A stretch of DNA of 64,000 nucleotides, taken from Zygnema circumcarinatum SAG 698-1b. Lineage: Eukaryota > Plantae > Zygnematophyceae. The notes under the pieces were generated by a model. That model did not search any database. It had not been told where the DNA came from and was given only the letters and a program-made list of their open reading frames with translations. Within the stretch, counting starts at the first letter, position 1. Each line of letters starts with the position of its first letter. The position numbers and the translations under genes were made by a program. Positions 1-13,450 of the stretch are shown here, in pieces. The DNA is taken from the NCBI GenBank assembly GCA_037447605.1, contig CM074822.1, positions 457,492 to 521,491 of the forward strand, read 5' to 3'.

Positions 1-99
1 AGAGAGAGAGAGAGAAAAGCACAAAGATATAGACAATTTGAACGTCGCCTTGACCCGCGTTTCCATGATGTCGACATTTTACAATGACTTTTGCCGCAG

Positions 100-1161
100 G
101 ACGGTACCTACTTTTATTGGATAGCGGAAGTGTCCACGTGGCACTCCACAGACACGCCACGTCAGCGCAGCAGCTGGAGGCCTATGTCCACGCTGTCCAG
201 CTGGCAGATGCGGCGTCTCTGATTGGTCGTTCCCAACAGGAGTCGGGAGAAGATGCTGCTGAGCTGGCAGCTCTCGATTGGCAGAGGAAAACTTACTCTC
301 GCTTTCTTTCTGAGGTAGAAATTGGCTTTGTCCCACCTGAGCTGGCTGAGGGCAAACTGTTCCAAAAGGACAATTTTGAAAAAAAGAAAAGAGAAATTAT
401 TTGATAAAATTGCAGATTAATCGTCATCAATATTGCAGAAGCTGAACGGAACGGAACAGAGACAACGGAAAATTGAAAATGAAACGGAAAAATATTTTCT
501 AGTAGTAGTGTTTTTTATGCCTGAAATGGTCGGTATAAACCACATTCACAATGTTGAGCCTTTCTTACAAGCTTGCTTAGGCCTGCATGCCAACCCGCAA
601 CTCTCTGCTTCCATGTTTACCCCGCCGATGTCAGTTCAGCACTTCGGGCCAATGGGGAGTGGAACACAGATCTTGTCACCAAACCTTCCTTCTTCTTCTT
701 CTCCTTCTCCTTCTCCTTCTCCTTCTCCTTCTCCTTCTCCTTCTTCGCCTTCATCGTTTCCTCCTCGTCCTCCTCGTTCTCGTTCTCGTTCTCTTTCATC
801 TTTCCCTCCTCGTCCTTCCCTCGTCTCCTCCCCTCCTCCTCCTCCTCCCCTCCTCCTCCTTCCCCACCCCCCTTTTTCCTCTCCTCCTTCACCTTCCCCT
901 CGTCCTCGTCCCCCCCCCCCCCNNNNNNNNNNTCCCCTCCTCCTCCCCCCCCCCTCTCCCCCCTCCTCCTCCTCCTCCTTCACCTTCCCCTCTTCCTCCT
1001 CTTCCCCCCCTCCCTCCCCGCCCTTCTCCTCCTCCTCCTCCTCCTCCTTGTTACAGTTGCTGCAGGCAGGATGGGCCACAGATCGCGTGCTGCTTTCGCC
1101 CGGCGAATGGCGCTCTGACTGGTCGTGGGATGATGCTGCGGGAAAGGAGGCAGACGAGTAG
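100..1161 (+). CDS. RUS3: ROOT UV-B SENSITIVE (RUS/DUF647) family protein, RUS3-like; last two exons only (100-314, 1057-1161), gene starts upstream of the window
   Basis: Splicing GAG|gtagaa...ttacag|TTG is in phase and gives ...RYLLLLDSGSVHVALHRHATSAQQLEAYVHAVQL...ALDWQRKTYSRFLSE|LLQAGWATDRVLLSPGEWRSDW*, matching the RUS3-type C-terminus (L..xGWxTERLL...WRANW). Confidence 0.75.
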
Positions 1162-1953
1162 AGCACACTACTTTCTGCATGTTGCGTGTTGAGCGAGAGA
1201 AAGAGAGAGAGAGTGAGGGCAGTTTGTGAATAAGGGCGAGTCGTGCAGCCGCCAATTCCGTTAAATAAAGCAATGAACAGCAAGTGTTTTGTATCCGTAG
1301 GGCATACGTGTCATATTGTTCTGTTGAAAGAAAACGGAAAGTCTTTGTTGCAGATGCCAGAATTATCGCCCGGCTTCTCTTTGTGTTCGTTTGCTACTGT
1401 CCCTAAGGGTCGTAATCCGTGAGGGGTAACTACGTCGCGCTGAACAAATGGCCGCTTTCCGGTAACCGTATTTTTGCCTCGCTTGCACTTTTTACATGTG
1501 TTTCAAGTTATGCGTAGCATTAGAAACGTTTGGAGTAAGTTGGTCGGTCGGCGTCGCATTGCTTTACTTTGTGCTGGCTCGTTCTTGCAACGAAAGCAGC
1601 AATAGAAGTCAAACCATATCGATAAAAAAAAAGAACTGCACATTATCGAATTAATTACCACCCAATTTTTGGATGTTTTCTTCGACTCATTACACCAGGC
1701 AACACCGCTCTCGGCTTCCTTATTGCATTTACTAAATGCTATGGAGCCTTCCTTCTCCCCTTTTTACCTTGTCTCCTTTACTACTCTCAAACACCTCTCC
1801 CTGACTATCGTCTCCCCACCCCATTCACACACAGGGAGAGTCCTGCGTAAATATCACCTAAAAGTCCCTAAAACCCTAAAAGCTCCCAAAGTCCTAAAAA
1901 CCCCACAAAGCCCCCAAGCCCACCCTAAACCTGTGTTTCCATATTAGTTAACA

Positions 1954-4004
1954 TCAGCCAAAATTGATACCAAGGTCAAAACCACCCCCCATGCCCGACC
2001 TCATGCTCCCCAAATAGTCTATGTAGCCGAGCACCATAATGAAGAGAGCAAGATCAACATTTGGGGAGATTGTGATCTCGTAGTCGCTTCCCTTTGGATT
2101 GAGCCATCCATCGTGATGGCGAGTTACTTCGGCGAACACGACCTTGGAAGGAGTTTCAAGCTGCGCAGTTCAGTTCAACGGAAAACGGAACAGAGCAGAT
2201 GACCGTTAGAGAGATGGGTTTTGGAGACAAAGTGGTTGAATTTGATGTAGGCCTTCCTGGCAGTCCATTTCTAGTGGCCAGCGAGAGAGAGCGAGAGAGA
2301 GCGAGAGAGAGAGAGAGGAGAAAGAGAAAGAGGGAGGGAGAACGAGAGAAAGAGAGAGGGGAGGAGAGAGAGCGAGAGAGAGAGAGGGGGAGAGGGAGAG
2401 AGAGAGAGGGAGGACCTGGGGGAGGGGACCTGCCAATCTTTTGTCCTACACGGCAGGCAGTTGCAACCCCAAGTGAGCCATGGATGCGGAACTCACTCTG
2501 AAGGCCCACTTGCCGGTGCCCACCACAAAAAAATCAGGCTTCTTTGATCCTTTCAGGAAAACCTGCACACATTGCCGAGAAAAAAAAATAAAAAATAAAT
2601 ACCAAGCTAAGTTGCAATCTATGATATGATTTACTACCCGTTCAGCCAATCACGCTTTAAAAAAAAAAAAAAAAAAAAAAGAGAGAACGGAGAGAGACCT
2701 GCAAACCACGAGAAAAAACCTTTTTTTTTTTTTAAAGGTTTCGAAGCCTCCCACCTTGGCAGACACTGTCGAAGACATCAAAATGGCGGCTGTTGATATG
2801 CGAAAGATATAGTTCTGTTTGTCGAAGGCGTCGCCCGGGCAGACGTACACGTCCGCCATCGTCCCCGGCTTGAAGCTGCAACAGAGGGGCTGCCCGGCCA
2901 GGTCCGCCAGAACCTGCTTGTTCGCCGACGCGAATTCTTTCTGTTACACACAACGGAACATCTCTCTCTCTCTCTCTCTGTGAGTTTCATACACGGAACA
3001 GCTCCCTCTCTCTCTCTCTCTCTCTCAGTTTCATACACATGGAACAACTCTCTCGCTCTCTCTCTCTGTCTACAAGTTTTATACACTTAAAACAACACAA
3101 AAATATACATGAAAAGTGAGTTCAACCACCAACATCTCTCTCTCTCTCTCTCTCTCTCGTTCTGTGAGTTATACACAAACCAACACGAAGGGACATATAT
3201 GAAAAGCATGTGAATAGTTCACCTTCCTAAAGAGCCCAAATTTGAGTCAGCATGATCGATTTCACTATCTTATAAGGGAGTTGCTGCGAGTTGGAACACG
3301 CTAACTGAATTTTTATTAGTAGTAAACAAATTAAAGTTTAATCTCGCGCTATTGAACTTACTTTAAACGCATTTTTTATAACAACATTTGTGCGAAAAGA
3401 GTCCTTCAAGAGCTAAGAGAAAATCTTTAAGTTGTTTCCACTCCGCCTCGATCCCCTCCTCTCCGCTCCCTCCTCTACCTCGATTCCAACACCACCCGCT
3501 CTCTCTCCTCTCCATTTTCCATATCTATCTCGAACTCTCCCTATCCACATTCCCAAAATATAGCCGCAAACACCTCAGGGACACTCCCTCTCCTTCTCCC
3601 TCTCCCTCTCCCTCTCCCTCTCCCTCTCCCTCTCCCTCTCCCTCNNNNNNNNNNTCCCTCTCCCTCTCCCTCTCCCTCTCCCTCTCCCTCTCCCTCTTCC
3701 TCTCCCTCTCGCTATCCCTCTCCCTCTCCTGCTCCCTCTCGCTATCCCTCTCCCTCTCGCTATCCCTCTCCCTCTCCCGCTCTCTCTCCCTCTCCCACTC
3801 CCTCTCCCTTCTGACCCTCGTCCCTCACGCCGAGGGAGAGAGCTCCCTCACAATAGTGAAGAGGCGGACGAAGGGCCTCCCCTCCGCGTCCGGCAGCTCC
3901 AGTCTGTCGCCTTGCGTGAACTTGTGCGGAAGCTTCCACACGCAGACACGTGGCAGGCAGAGCGCGGGGCTCACCAAGACGGTCTGCGGCGAGGCTTCAG
4001 CCAT
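1954..4004 (-). CDS. LURP-one-related / tubby C-terminal-like (Tub_2) protein, about 203 aa, 4 exons (4004-3852, 2940-2755, 2562-2497, 2160-1954)
   Basis: All four exons join in phase 0 at GT-AG sites: MAEASPQTVLVSPALCLP...|KEFASANKQVLADLAGQPLC...|VFLKGSKKPDFFVVGTGKWAFR|LETPSKVVFAEVTRH...DYEITISPNVDLALFIMVLGYID. The C-terminal Y.ItV.PNVD.AL.i.l motif and the length are typical of LOR proteins. Confidence 0.8.
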
Positions 4005-5149
4005 GGCTGCAGCCTCCTGCGAGAGAATAAGAGCGGGTGAGCGGAGGGAAGTAGGGAGAGAGAGAGAGGGAGAGAGCGAGGGGGGAGGAGGCGAGAGTGT
4101 GAGAGAGAGAGGGAGGGCAGAGGGAGAGAGAGATAGGGAGTGTTGGGGAGGTCGAGAGGTAACGGCGGGAGAAAGGAAAGAGGATGGAGCTGTAGGGGAG
4201 GTGGGAGAGGGTCTGTGAGGGAGAGAGAGGGAGGGAGAGGGAGGGAGTGAAGGGGCGGAAGAGAGCGCGGACGCTCTCGAACAGGACGACGGGCAGGACC
4301 TGCCGTTCGGAAAATTGTTTTGGGGCGGACCAGGCTGCCCTTAAAAACGTTTCGTTTGTCAGGGCAGGATACGCTTCGCTATTGGAAAAAAATATACAAT
4401 AACATTTTTGGTCCTTCCTGAAAGATTTTTTTTTTTTTTTCAAAAGGAGTCATCATCTTTACGTCGGATACAGCACGACAAAATTTTATAATACCAGGCT
4501 GCGCCAAGGTGGACCAGGATTGAATATTATTTTACAGAATGTTTTAGAATTTTCATATTTTGGTTTTTTTTTTGGCGCTGAAAATTTTCCTTCGCCTGCA
4601 GCAGAAGCATTTCATAATGGACATATACAAATTACTGACCTGCGCCTTCTTAAAAAACAAAAAACAAAACCAAAAAAAAAGCAAAAGCCAGCGTGTCGGT
4701 TTCCTTACAAGCCCCATTTTGGACGCACGTGGTTTTTAACGAACATCGTTGTCGTATTAGGTCCCGTTCACCAATCAGCGCTCGGCCAGCATAATTTCAG
4801 CACTTCACGACAAACTAAAAAGACGGGCTCATATCCGCACATGCGAGACCCACCGACCACGTCAAAAAATTTATAGACGTCACCTGATTGGCCGAAGCGG
4901 ATACCGACGCATTGTATAACCAATAGGCGCGCAGGCTTCGGAAGGCGTACAGCGATAGTGTTAGGGACACATCTAAAGGCGTTATTCTCACAGTAAATGT
5001 GTGAGTATGAAAACATTTCAGCCAATCAGGAGCCACCGACCACCCCAATGTCACGCTGCCGTGGACGACTCGACGGCAATGTTTGTCGTTTGGCATTTGT
5101 AAAAAAAAAAAATGTGGAAACTTTCATTGAACTCGCGATGGCGAGGCCA

Positions 5150-8100
5150 TCAAATGTACATGGACAAAGGCAAAATGTGGAACCACGAAGGACTGGTCAC
5201 AAAGGACCAAAACACAATAACACGAAGCTAGGAGCGGAAAACTACGCCTAGGCACAACAACGCAGCCCTAGAAGCAGCCGCGAAGGTCACCGATATGAGG
5301 CATGTCGCGAGGAGGGAGCGGCGGAAGTCCACCAACACGATCACCAACAACTGCAAAAGACGCCGAAGAAGCGAAGCCGGTGCGCAACGCTGAAGGGCTT
5401 AATGGAAATACGCTGTCGATAAAAGCGTAGCCAAGACGCCGGAGGAGGGCTCTCCGCCGTGCATCTCGGCGAGCCGTATGGGCCACTGGCGGCTGAAGGT
5501 ATCCAAACGTGGTGTCGAGGCGTACCAAAAAATCTCAATAGCCATAGAACAAACTCTCACGTCGCGATCACGGTGAGCATATGCACGCCTTAAGGAAAGG
5601 TCGCATCGCCAGCAGCCACGCCTTCATGATGGGTCACAGACAATAACACGCACGGGTTGATCGCCAACACAATATCCCCAAAAATGCCGCACCATCCATA
5701 AGAGCCAAATCAGGCTTAACTCCACGCCGCCACGCAATAGTCGTCAGCGCGGGGACACCAAGTGGCTCGCCCCCGCCGCATTGCTGTAGTTAGCTTCGGC
5801 GTTTCATCAAGCAAAGAATCGCATTGCGCACAACATTATGAGCCAAAATGCGCTCGCTTCCCCATGTGCGATCGAAGAAGATGAACGCTTTGGCGATCAA
5901 TCGAATCACCACAAACACAACGCAGGAGAACCTCGCGAATGGCGGATTGGGAGCCTGGTGACGGTCACGCTGCAAGTCAAACCGGCCTGGGTCAAACGTA
6001 AGGGTGGAAAAATATCGGGTAACAACAACCAAGCCCCAGCCTGACCCGCGACAAGAACGGGTCAGCACGCCAAGTAACATCAAGGAAGAGCCGCATTGCG
6101 GTGTGTAGTAAAACTCAAAGAAGAACAACCTCATCACCAAAGTGAGTCGACATCGCGGAAATGCACTCGACTCCGCAGTTTAAACAAATGGGGCACACGA
6201 CCGAAAGCACTAGCAGAAGCAAACCATGGGCATCACGCTAATGCAACCTCAAACTAAGATCACCATCATCAACATTGTTTACAAATGCGACCGAAGCAGA
6301 CGGACGCATCACCACAATAAAACGCTGGCCAAAATGGGGAGCAACAAGTTGTTCTCAACTACCTAAAACGCGCAAAGAGGCGCCACACTAACTGTCGGGA
6401 TGAGACCTAAACCGCCCGCCGAAATAGGGAGCGAGGCTTGCGTACGTGCAAGCGGACCCTCCGGTCGATCGAAAATACCAGCACCCAAAAGGCGATGACA
6501 TACAGAAAACAAACGCTCATCGAAAGATTGCAATGACTCAAGGAAAGCAGGGTTAGGAGGGAGAGTTCGCAAAAGGTATGACGGACGCAAAGCAAAACAA
6601 CGAGTAAGCAAAGAAAAAGCCACCTGAGGATCTGAAAGATGTGGAAGCTCATCGACCTGAGACGTATCCTCAACCAAAGCATCATCAACAAAACGATCAA
6701 CATAAGATGCAGCGCCAAAGGGCGACTAAAACGCGAGATACGATTCCATGCGGCCGCAGTATATGGATACCACAAGGGGCGAGGGGTAGAAGGATACCAA
6801 CGAGGAGACCAAAGCAAAGCAGCCCCGACCAAATTTACCGTCAAAAGCGCGTGCGGCCAATGCAGTAGTAAAATCGATAAACAACGGCAACGACTGGTCG
6901 GCCAAAGGGATTAATGTTGATATCGTCGACCCTTAGATGGAAAAGTGACCTGGAAAGAGCACGATGCAGAGCTTTCGAGCTTGTAGCGAATGTCGCCAAA
7001 GCGGCACAAAGGACCGCTGAAAGTGCAAGCCTTGGCGGGTCCCACGGTCCTACGCGCGTGAACTCCAAAGATGCGCCCTCCGCGAGGCCAGCATCGCCAA
7101 AGGAGGGAAAAGAGGCGGGCTTTCGAACAAGAATAAAATGTGCGCACAAAAGGAAAAAGGGACGCAATCGGTGCTGGGGCCTCTCGTAACTCGCGAAAAA
7201 TCTCATGACGATCCACCGTATTAAAAGCATTAGTCACATCAACCTGCAAAACAACCCAATCAGGGTGAAGATCCAACGCCGCATCTAATGCTATGAACTA
7301 CGGGCTCGGCAAATTTCGTGGGTCGCCACACTAAACTCGAGCAGGGGAAATGGTCCCGAAAGGCCCCTTTTGTAACCGAAGTAAAAAACACATAGCGAAA
7401 GCAACTATGCGATACAAAACCTCCCTAATAAGCATATTGGGCTTAACCTCGCCGCTTCTAAGTAAGGGCAACCAAACGAGCGGACGTGAAGGATATGATC
7501 TCCCACGGACGAGGGCAATACCCACCCCCGCTGAGCATTACACAAGCAAGTCAAAAGCAAACCAAACCCACTATCCCCGTGTCTCGAGAAAACACATCAC
7601 GGCAACTCATAAACCATGCCCAAGGCCCCCTCGCAGACAAATGAGGGAGCGAGTAAGCCGCTCAATGAAAGCGCACGCATCAGCACAAACGAAATCGACA
7701 GCTCAAAAGCTCGCCGAGCGAGCAGGATATCCGCTAGCCGCGATCCGTGATGGAGAGTCCGGGCGCATCCAAAGTGTCGCTGTTGGCCGGGCAGCGTGAA
7801 GGGGTCGAAGAGCCGCAGTACGCATAACCTCCCCGCGATCGCCTATCCCAACCGCCTCGGACGCATACCAGCCGAGGCGTCCCAAAGGAGGGCCAGCGAA
7901 AGCGGCGTCGCGACGCATGCGGCACGAATGCGACCGCTCGCCTCGCAAAAGCCCCAATCCCCACCCAAAAACCGAAGACACCGCCTACGGGTCTCGCGAA
8001 CGGCGCTGGCCCCACCACGAGGAGGCAAAATTAAAACCCAAAGGGGGAAAAGAAGAAGGACATGCCATGCAGCAACATCGGATGGATCACATGCAAGACG

Positions 8101-8545
8101 AGCAAGAGGCAAACGCAAAGCATCACGAACACAAACACGCAACGCCCGTGGGATACGAGCGTAAAGACGAGGACGACGGGACCCAACAAAAAACGACCCA
8201 AGGACATCTAAAGACCGAGCATACGCCCAAGCAGCCGGGCTAGGCCCGACATGCAAAGCGCACCTGTGGGTGGCGTTGACGGGTACGTAAGAAGAGGGAG
8301 TAGAAGAAGGGCCTAATGGCGGGAGGAGGACGGCGAGACACGCCAAGAGCAGCGTGACAAACCCGCACTCGACCAAAACAATTTCCACAATGATCACAAG
8401 GAACCCGGGGGAGAGGCCTGGGGCGAGCAGCAAGAGGGGAAGAAGGAAGAGGGGAAGAACGGACAGGAGGGGGAAGAGCAACAGCAGATGACAAGGCAAG
8501 GGGGTGGGAAGGGGAAGGGGAACGAGAGGAGCGACGAAGAGGCAT
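5150..8545 (-). mobile_element. Degenerate CRE/SLACS-like non-LTR retrotransposon (Zn finger, reverse transcriptase, restriction-like endonuclease), multiply frameshifted
   Basis: Minus-strand fragments in the expected order: CDHCGNCF Zn finger (~8400); W.VLLLFPLWVL.LPPRGG (~8050); KPNMLIREVLYR; DLHPDWVVLQVDVTNAFNTVDR; GTRQG (~7040); VDDI (~6925); DPQVAFSLLTRCFALRPSYLLRTLPP; SERILAHNVVRNAI (~5850); FYRQRISI (~5415). Ends are approximate, and the 5' end may reach ~9500. Confidence 0.8.
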
Positions 8546-9919
8546 GACGAAGGAGAAGGAAATGGATGAGGGGAGGGAAGCGGGTTGGCGGGGAGGAGAA
8601 AGGGGAGGGAAGGGTAGGGAAGGGAAGGGAAGGGACGGGAAGGGGAGGGAGAGGAAAGGAAAGGAATGGCGAGAGGAATAAGGGTACGGAAAAGAAGGGA
8701 AAGGGGAAAGGATAAGGGAAGGGGATGGAAGGGAAGGGGTAAAGGAAGGGGAGGGAAAGAAAGGGAGGGGAGGCGGGGGGGGGGAGGAAAGGGAAGGGAA
8801 GAGGAGGGAAGAGAAGGGACAGGAAAGAGAAGAGAGAAGGGAGAAGAAAGGGGGGAATACGGGAAAGGAAGGGGATGGGAAAGGAAGGGAGGAGGGAAAG
8901 GAAAGGGGAGGAGGAGAAACGGGGAGGGAAGAGGGAAGGGAAGGGAAGGGAGAAGGGAAGGGGAGGGGAAGTGAGAAGGGGGGGGGGGAGAAGGAAAAGG
9001 AAGGGGCAGGACAAAGGAAGGGATTGGAAGGGAAGGGATAGGGGAACAGAGGTGGAGGAATAAGGAAAGGAAGGGAAGGGAAGGGACCAGGGAGGAGAAG
9101 GGAAGGGAGAAGGGAAAGGAAGGAGAAAACAAGCAGAAAAAGGATGGAAAGGGCATAAAAGGCGAGAGCAGCTCAAAAAGAAGAAGCACAAGGACGAAGA
9201 GACGCAGAGGGGGAGACAAAAGGAAAAACGCAACACAGCAAGGCAAGCTACGGCAGAAAATGTCAGAAAACAAGGCGAGAAACGTTAGAACAGAAAAAAC
9301 CGCAGCAAAATAGCAGCAAAACAGCCAAAAACAAAAAACAAAAAACAAAAAGAAGCACAAGCAACAAAAACAGAGCAATGCAGCAAGACACGCGACAGAA
9401 AAACGCAAAGACAACGACGAGAGGCTGCCACGTGGCCGCGGCAGAGGCGGCGGCAGCAGGCGCAACGGTCGGAAGCGCCGTTCGCGGGGAAGGATCAAAG
9501 GTCAAAAAGTCGTTTGTCGCATTTGTCGTTTGTCGTTTGGTTAATATGAGGATAATCGGGACATGCCGGCGTATCGGCCGTTGCCGCCTGGAGCCATCAG
9601 CTGTATTTCTGCCGGCCAGAGGTACCTTCGTACATTTTCCAGCTGCCGGCCGGCCCGATCCGGCACTTCCAGACGGTCAGATCCGATACACTGGCGATGT
9701 GGCGATATGCGGACAGTTCTCCCAAAACGACAAGCCGTCAGCTACACGGGTTTTTTTTGCCGGACAGTTTCAAGGGGTGGTCGGTGGCTCCTGACTGGCT
9801 GTAATAATTTTTTTTTTCCCCAGACGCCTCCGCTGCGCTGCTAATTCTGCCCGACAAATCAAACATTCAAAAACTTGGAAGGAGGGGTTCCATGGAGGGG
9901 TTCACCGTCGTATGCAACG

Positions 9920-10290
9920 CGCTATTGGGTTCCATGAGGCCACGTTTTGCCAACATGTCACCGACGTGGCTGCCACGGTGGAGTCCACAGACAGCCACGT
10001 CGTCGCCATGCCATGCCAGCAAAACGCCATCGTGACAGCCACGTCGGTGACACGTTAGTAAATTGACAACATGTCAACCACGTCAGCGCCACCCAGGCAA
10101 AACATCACCGTGACAGCCACGCCAGCAACAAAAGTAAATTGACACCGTGTTGGACATGTCAGCGCCACATAGGCAAAACCGCCACCGTGGCAGCCACGTC
10201 GGCAATTTACAAACTGATGGACAATGTCATGAGCAAGGGGCCAACGGCTCCAAACGGAGAAGTGAACCACCGGAGCATGGAACCGCGCCA
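9920..10290. repeat. Three degenerate ~77-bp units rich in CCACGTC(A/G)GC, probable DNA-transposon (MULE/MITE-like) terminal relic
   Basis: Units beginning caaaac...cgtg(a/g)cagccacg at 10020, 10098 and 10174; ggttccatg (~9927) and its reverse complement catggaacc (~10277) flank them. Confidence 0.45.
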
Positions 10291-10462
10291 ACCACTCAAT
10301 TAGCTGAACAACATTTCTCTCAATCTGCTTGGCGGTAATGGACATCAATAGGAATGTTTTAAATACTCCGAAAGTTCAATGGGGACCTTCAGCCTCATGA
10401 CTAACTGAGCCTCAAACTAGTATACCAGAAGGAGCACCCAACAACCCCCTCTCGCTGCGTGC

Positions 10463-13450
10463 TCATTGGAGAGAGTTGAGGAAGAGGATGATGACCACCA
10501 CCACGCCTATGATGATGGGTAGGCTGCTGATGCCATACAGGACGCTATAGCCCTGCACCACCATCATGCCATGCATGCATACATTGACCATAAGCTACAT
10601 CAAACGAAGAGCATGCATGCATCTGAACTCCGTGTAGAAGCAATCATAGACATTCAAACCTCAAAGTCATCTTTCAAGTTCTGCAAGCATAGCTGAGCAC
10701 GCCATGTCTACACAAACCCCACATGTTTGGAATGAAGGGAACAATTAGGGTTGGTAGAGACTCATAAGCTCCAAACACATACCATCCATGATGGCAGAAT
10801 CTCCCCAAGACTCTTCTCTTCTTGCTGGTTGCTGACCTCAGCAGCAGCATCCCAGTCAACATCAACCCCAGCCCTTTTGGCCGCCAATTTTGGGTCAACC
10901 CCTGTTGGAGTCACTTTGGCATAAGGTGAAATTTTCTTCTTGCCCAGCGGACTCCCATCGTCCTCGTCCTGCCTCCGGAGAAAGCACCATCAAACTCAGG
11001 TTTCGACTGAACAAAACCTACCTTTTTAACCTTACTAAATGCTAGCTTTGCTTGTGGAAAAACTTCCGTCCACAGGCATTCAAAGCAGCATCGTCCCTGA
11101 AACTGCTACTTCTTCCTAATGCAAAAACTTCAAAACTTGATTGTACAAATGTTGGAGGTAAGGAGTGAGAGTATTGTGGAATGAGCAGAGGTATAGGTAG
11201 CATAGATAGATGCACATATAGGTCCGCTATGGGCGCAGGGCTGTGTCTGTACCTCCAGACGGGGCCAAGCACGCATTTCGTCCGCTAATGCTCTCAGAGC
11301 CATTTTGTCTGCCGGCACCCTCCCCTCATTTATCTGCAGGTCCAACCTATCTCCAAAAAGAGACCCCCTGTCACTTCTGAGTCACATATTGATTGCTCTC
11401 AGTTCTAAACACTCGCTTAAACTGCATCTTCTAAGCATTGTAGGGATCGAATAAGAGCATGACATCTTTGCCTCTCTGCATTCGTAAAGAGAGACATATC
11501 TGTCCTACCTGCTTACTATTCCATCCTTCAGCAAGAATTGCTCTTGTCCTCGCATGCCAAATCAGGTAACCTATTACTCTCTGAAACCGCCAATGCTTCC
11601 TTGCTCTTTGCCAATGCATTCAGGGGCAGCAATATCGACAAGTTCTGCGCTATTTCCATCCTATGCCAGGCCTGCAGTTTCAGTTTTCAGCTTCAGCATA
11701 ACATGTGAATGCCCCCTTGCCCTCATATCGCTCAGAATTCCTCGTCTCAGAAATAACCTACAACGATCCAAGGATAGAAATCAAGAGCTCACATCTACAA
11801 GAGCCGCAGCCAACTCTTCCCGAGTGCATCCACTTTCATTATCGATTCCCAGCTGCTTCCTCCTCTCCGCTTCCCGAGGATCTTCAATCATGATAGAGAG
11901 GCGGACCTGGTCACAGATTAACAATTACATGCACATTCACCAAAGTCCCCTTTGATTATTCTAAGTAGCAGCTGACCCCCTTCAATTCTTACACATCCAA
12001 GGGTGGCTCTTCAACATCTTACAAACTATAAAGTGCCTTAGAAACTTAAACTTCTCTTCAAGTCTAGGAGGCTACTTTTTTAGTAAATGAACATAGAAGC
12101 ACAGGAGGAAAGCTATTGATGTGATCATAAGGTATAAGTTTCATCTGGGAACTAAGGATCCAATGTTATGTACAGAAAAAAAGTGCAATAGGAAAAGGAA
12201 ACGAACAACCGATCATCTGTAAACATTCATAAGCGACCATGATCTGCTTCAAAGTACGTTTCTGCTTATATGTTACAATCTGTGCTATTTCGAAGAGAAC
12301 ACTAATTTTGCATTAATCTATCGTGCCGGGTGCAACAATAGCCGCGAATCAAGGAACTTGCAATAAAAACATGGTGCAAAGTTGATATGTTCAGAGGTGA
12401 TCAACTCACCTCATTGAACGCCATATCGCGTTTCCCCTTTAGGACCTCCAGAATCTGTCACCCCCAATGGTGACTTTCGGCATGCAGATATTAGAGGCGA
12501 TTCAGAAACGAGTTAAGGTCACAGCTTACTGACCAGCAAGAGAAGGAAAAAAAAAACTTCCAAGATGAATAATTTAAGGACTTTCGTGTCTCTAGGTCAA
12601 TGCCTAACACTTTTATAAGGAATCTAAAACTGACACGCTGAGCTACAGGTCATGCAGAAGACACAGTGCCCTAGCAATTGTCAGGAATGGGCAAAGCTTG
12701 AACTGTAGAATGCGCGGAAGGGAGAGAGTGAGAGCGGGAGAGGGACAGTGTGTGAGAAAGAGTGAGAGTTAATAAAGAGAAAAAGAGGGAGAGAGAGGCT
12801 TTCGGTAGGAGAGAACGCGAGGGAGAGAGATATTCTATATGTGAAAGAAAAATGTATAAGGACAAAACTGTTCCAGTGATTACAACACCAGAAAATCTAC
12901 CTATGGGCAAACATCCAGCATATGTCAGATTCTTAAGGCGGACATCTTCAAGACTCAGACGAGGCTTGCCTCAAAGAATACCCTAAAGCTGGTATGCCGT
13001 AGGCTGTTGATTAATAGCAATGTTGTTGCTTGCGGTCTGTTGATTCATAGTTGCTAGTTGTTTCTCCATCAATCCAATATTCCAAAAAATGAACAAATTA
13101 CTTACCCGCAGAACATCCTTGACGTCCTGCATATCCTGCTCGTCTACATCATCATACCCTGTTGTGGCGGTGCCAGCCTCTGTGCTCTCAGAAGCAGCAC
13201 CAATCCTCCATGACAGCTGGCCTTGATATTGATGTGCTCCCACCTGACCTCGCCTATTGCAGATTTCTCCAACAAGGGCTTTCCTTCTGCTTGTAAGCCT
13301 CTCTACCTGCCTTCCCACAGCCACTCCCCACGCCTCTACACGCACAGCAGGCGCCCTAAAAGCGGCGCATTTCTGACTGCCTCCACTGCTCAGCTGACCA
13401 GCCTCTACCGCTGCAGAACAGGGACAAAGTGCTTGACAAGAAGCCGCCAT
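10463..13450 (-). CDS. Y3IP1: Ycf3-interacting protein 1 (Y3IP1/CEST), chloroplast PSI assembly factor, 6 exons
   Basis: Spliced product: transit peptide MAASCQALC...DVKDVLR|ILEVLKGKRDMAFNE|VRLSIMIEDPREAERRKQLGID...LVD|INEGRVPADKMALRALADEMRAWPRLE|...SPYAKVTPTGVDPKLAAKRAGVDVDWDAAAE...|GYSVLYGISSLPIIIGVVVVIILFLNSLQ*. This is collinear with plant Y3IP1, including the C-terminal TM helix ending NSLQ. Confidence 0.92.

Noticed and set aside
10400-12000. Initially suspected decayed transposase on the minus strand
   Set aside because: The fragments resolve into Y3IP1 exons with canonical splice sites.
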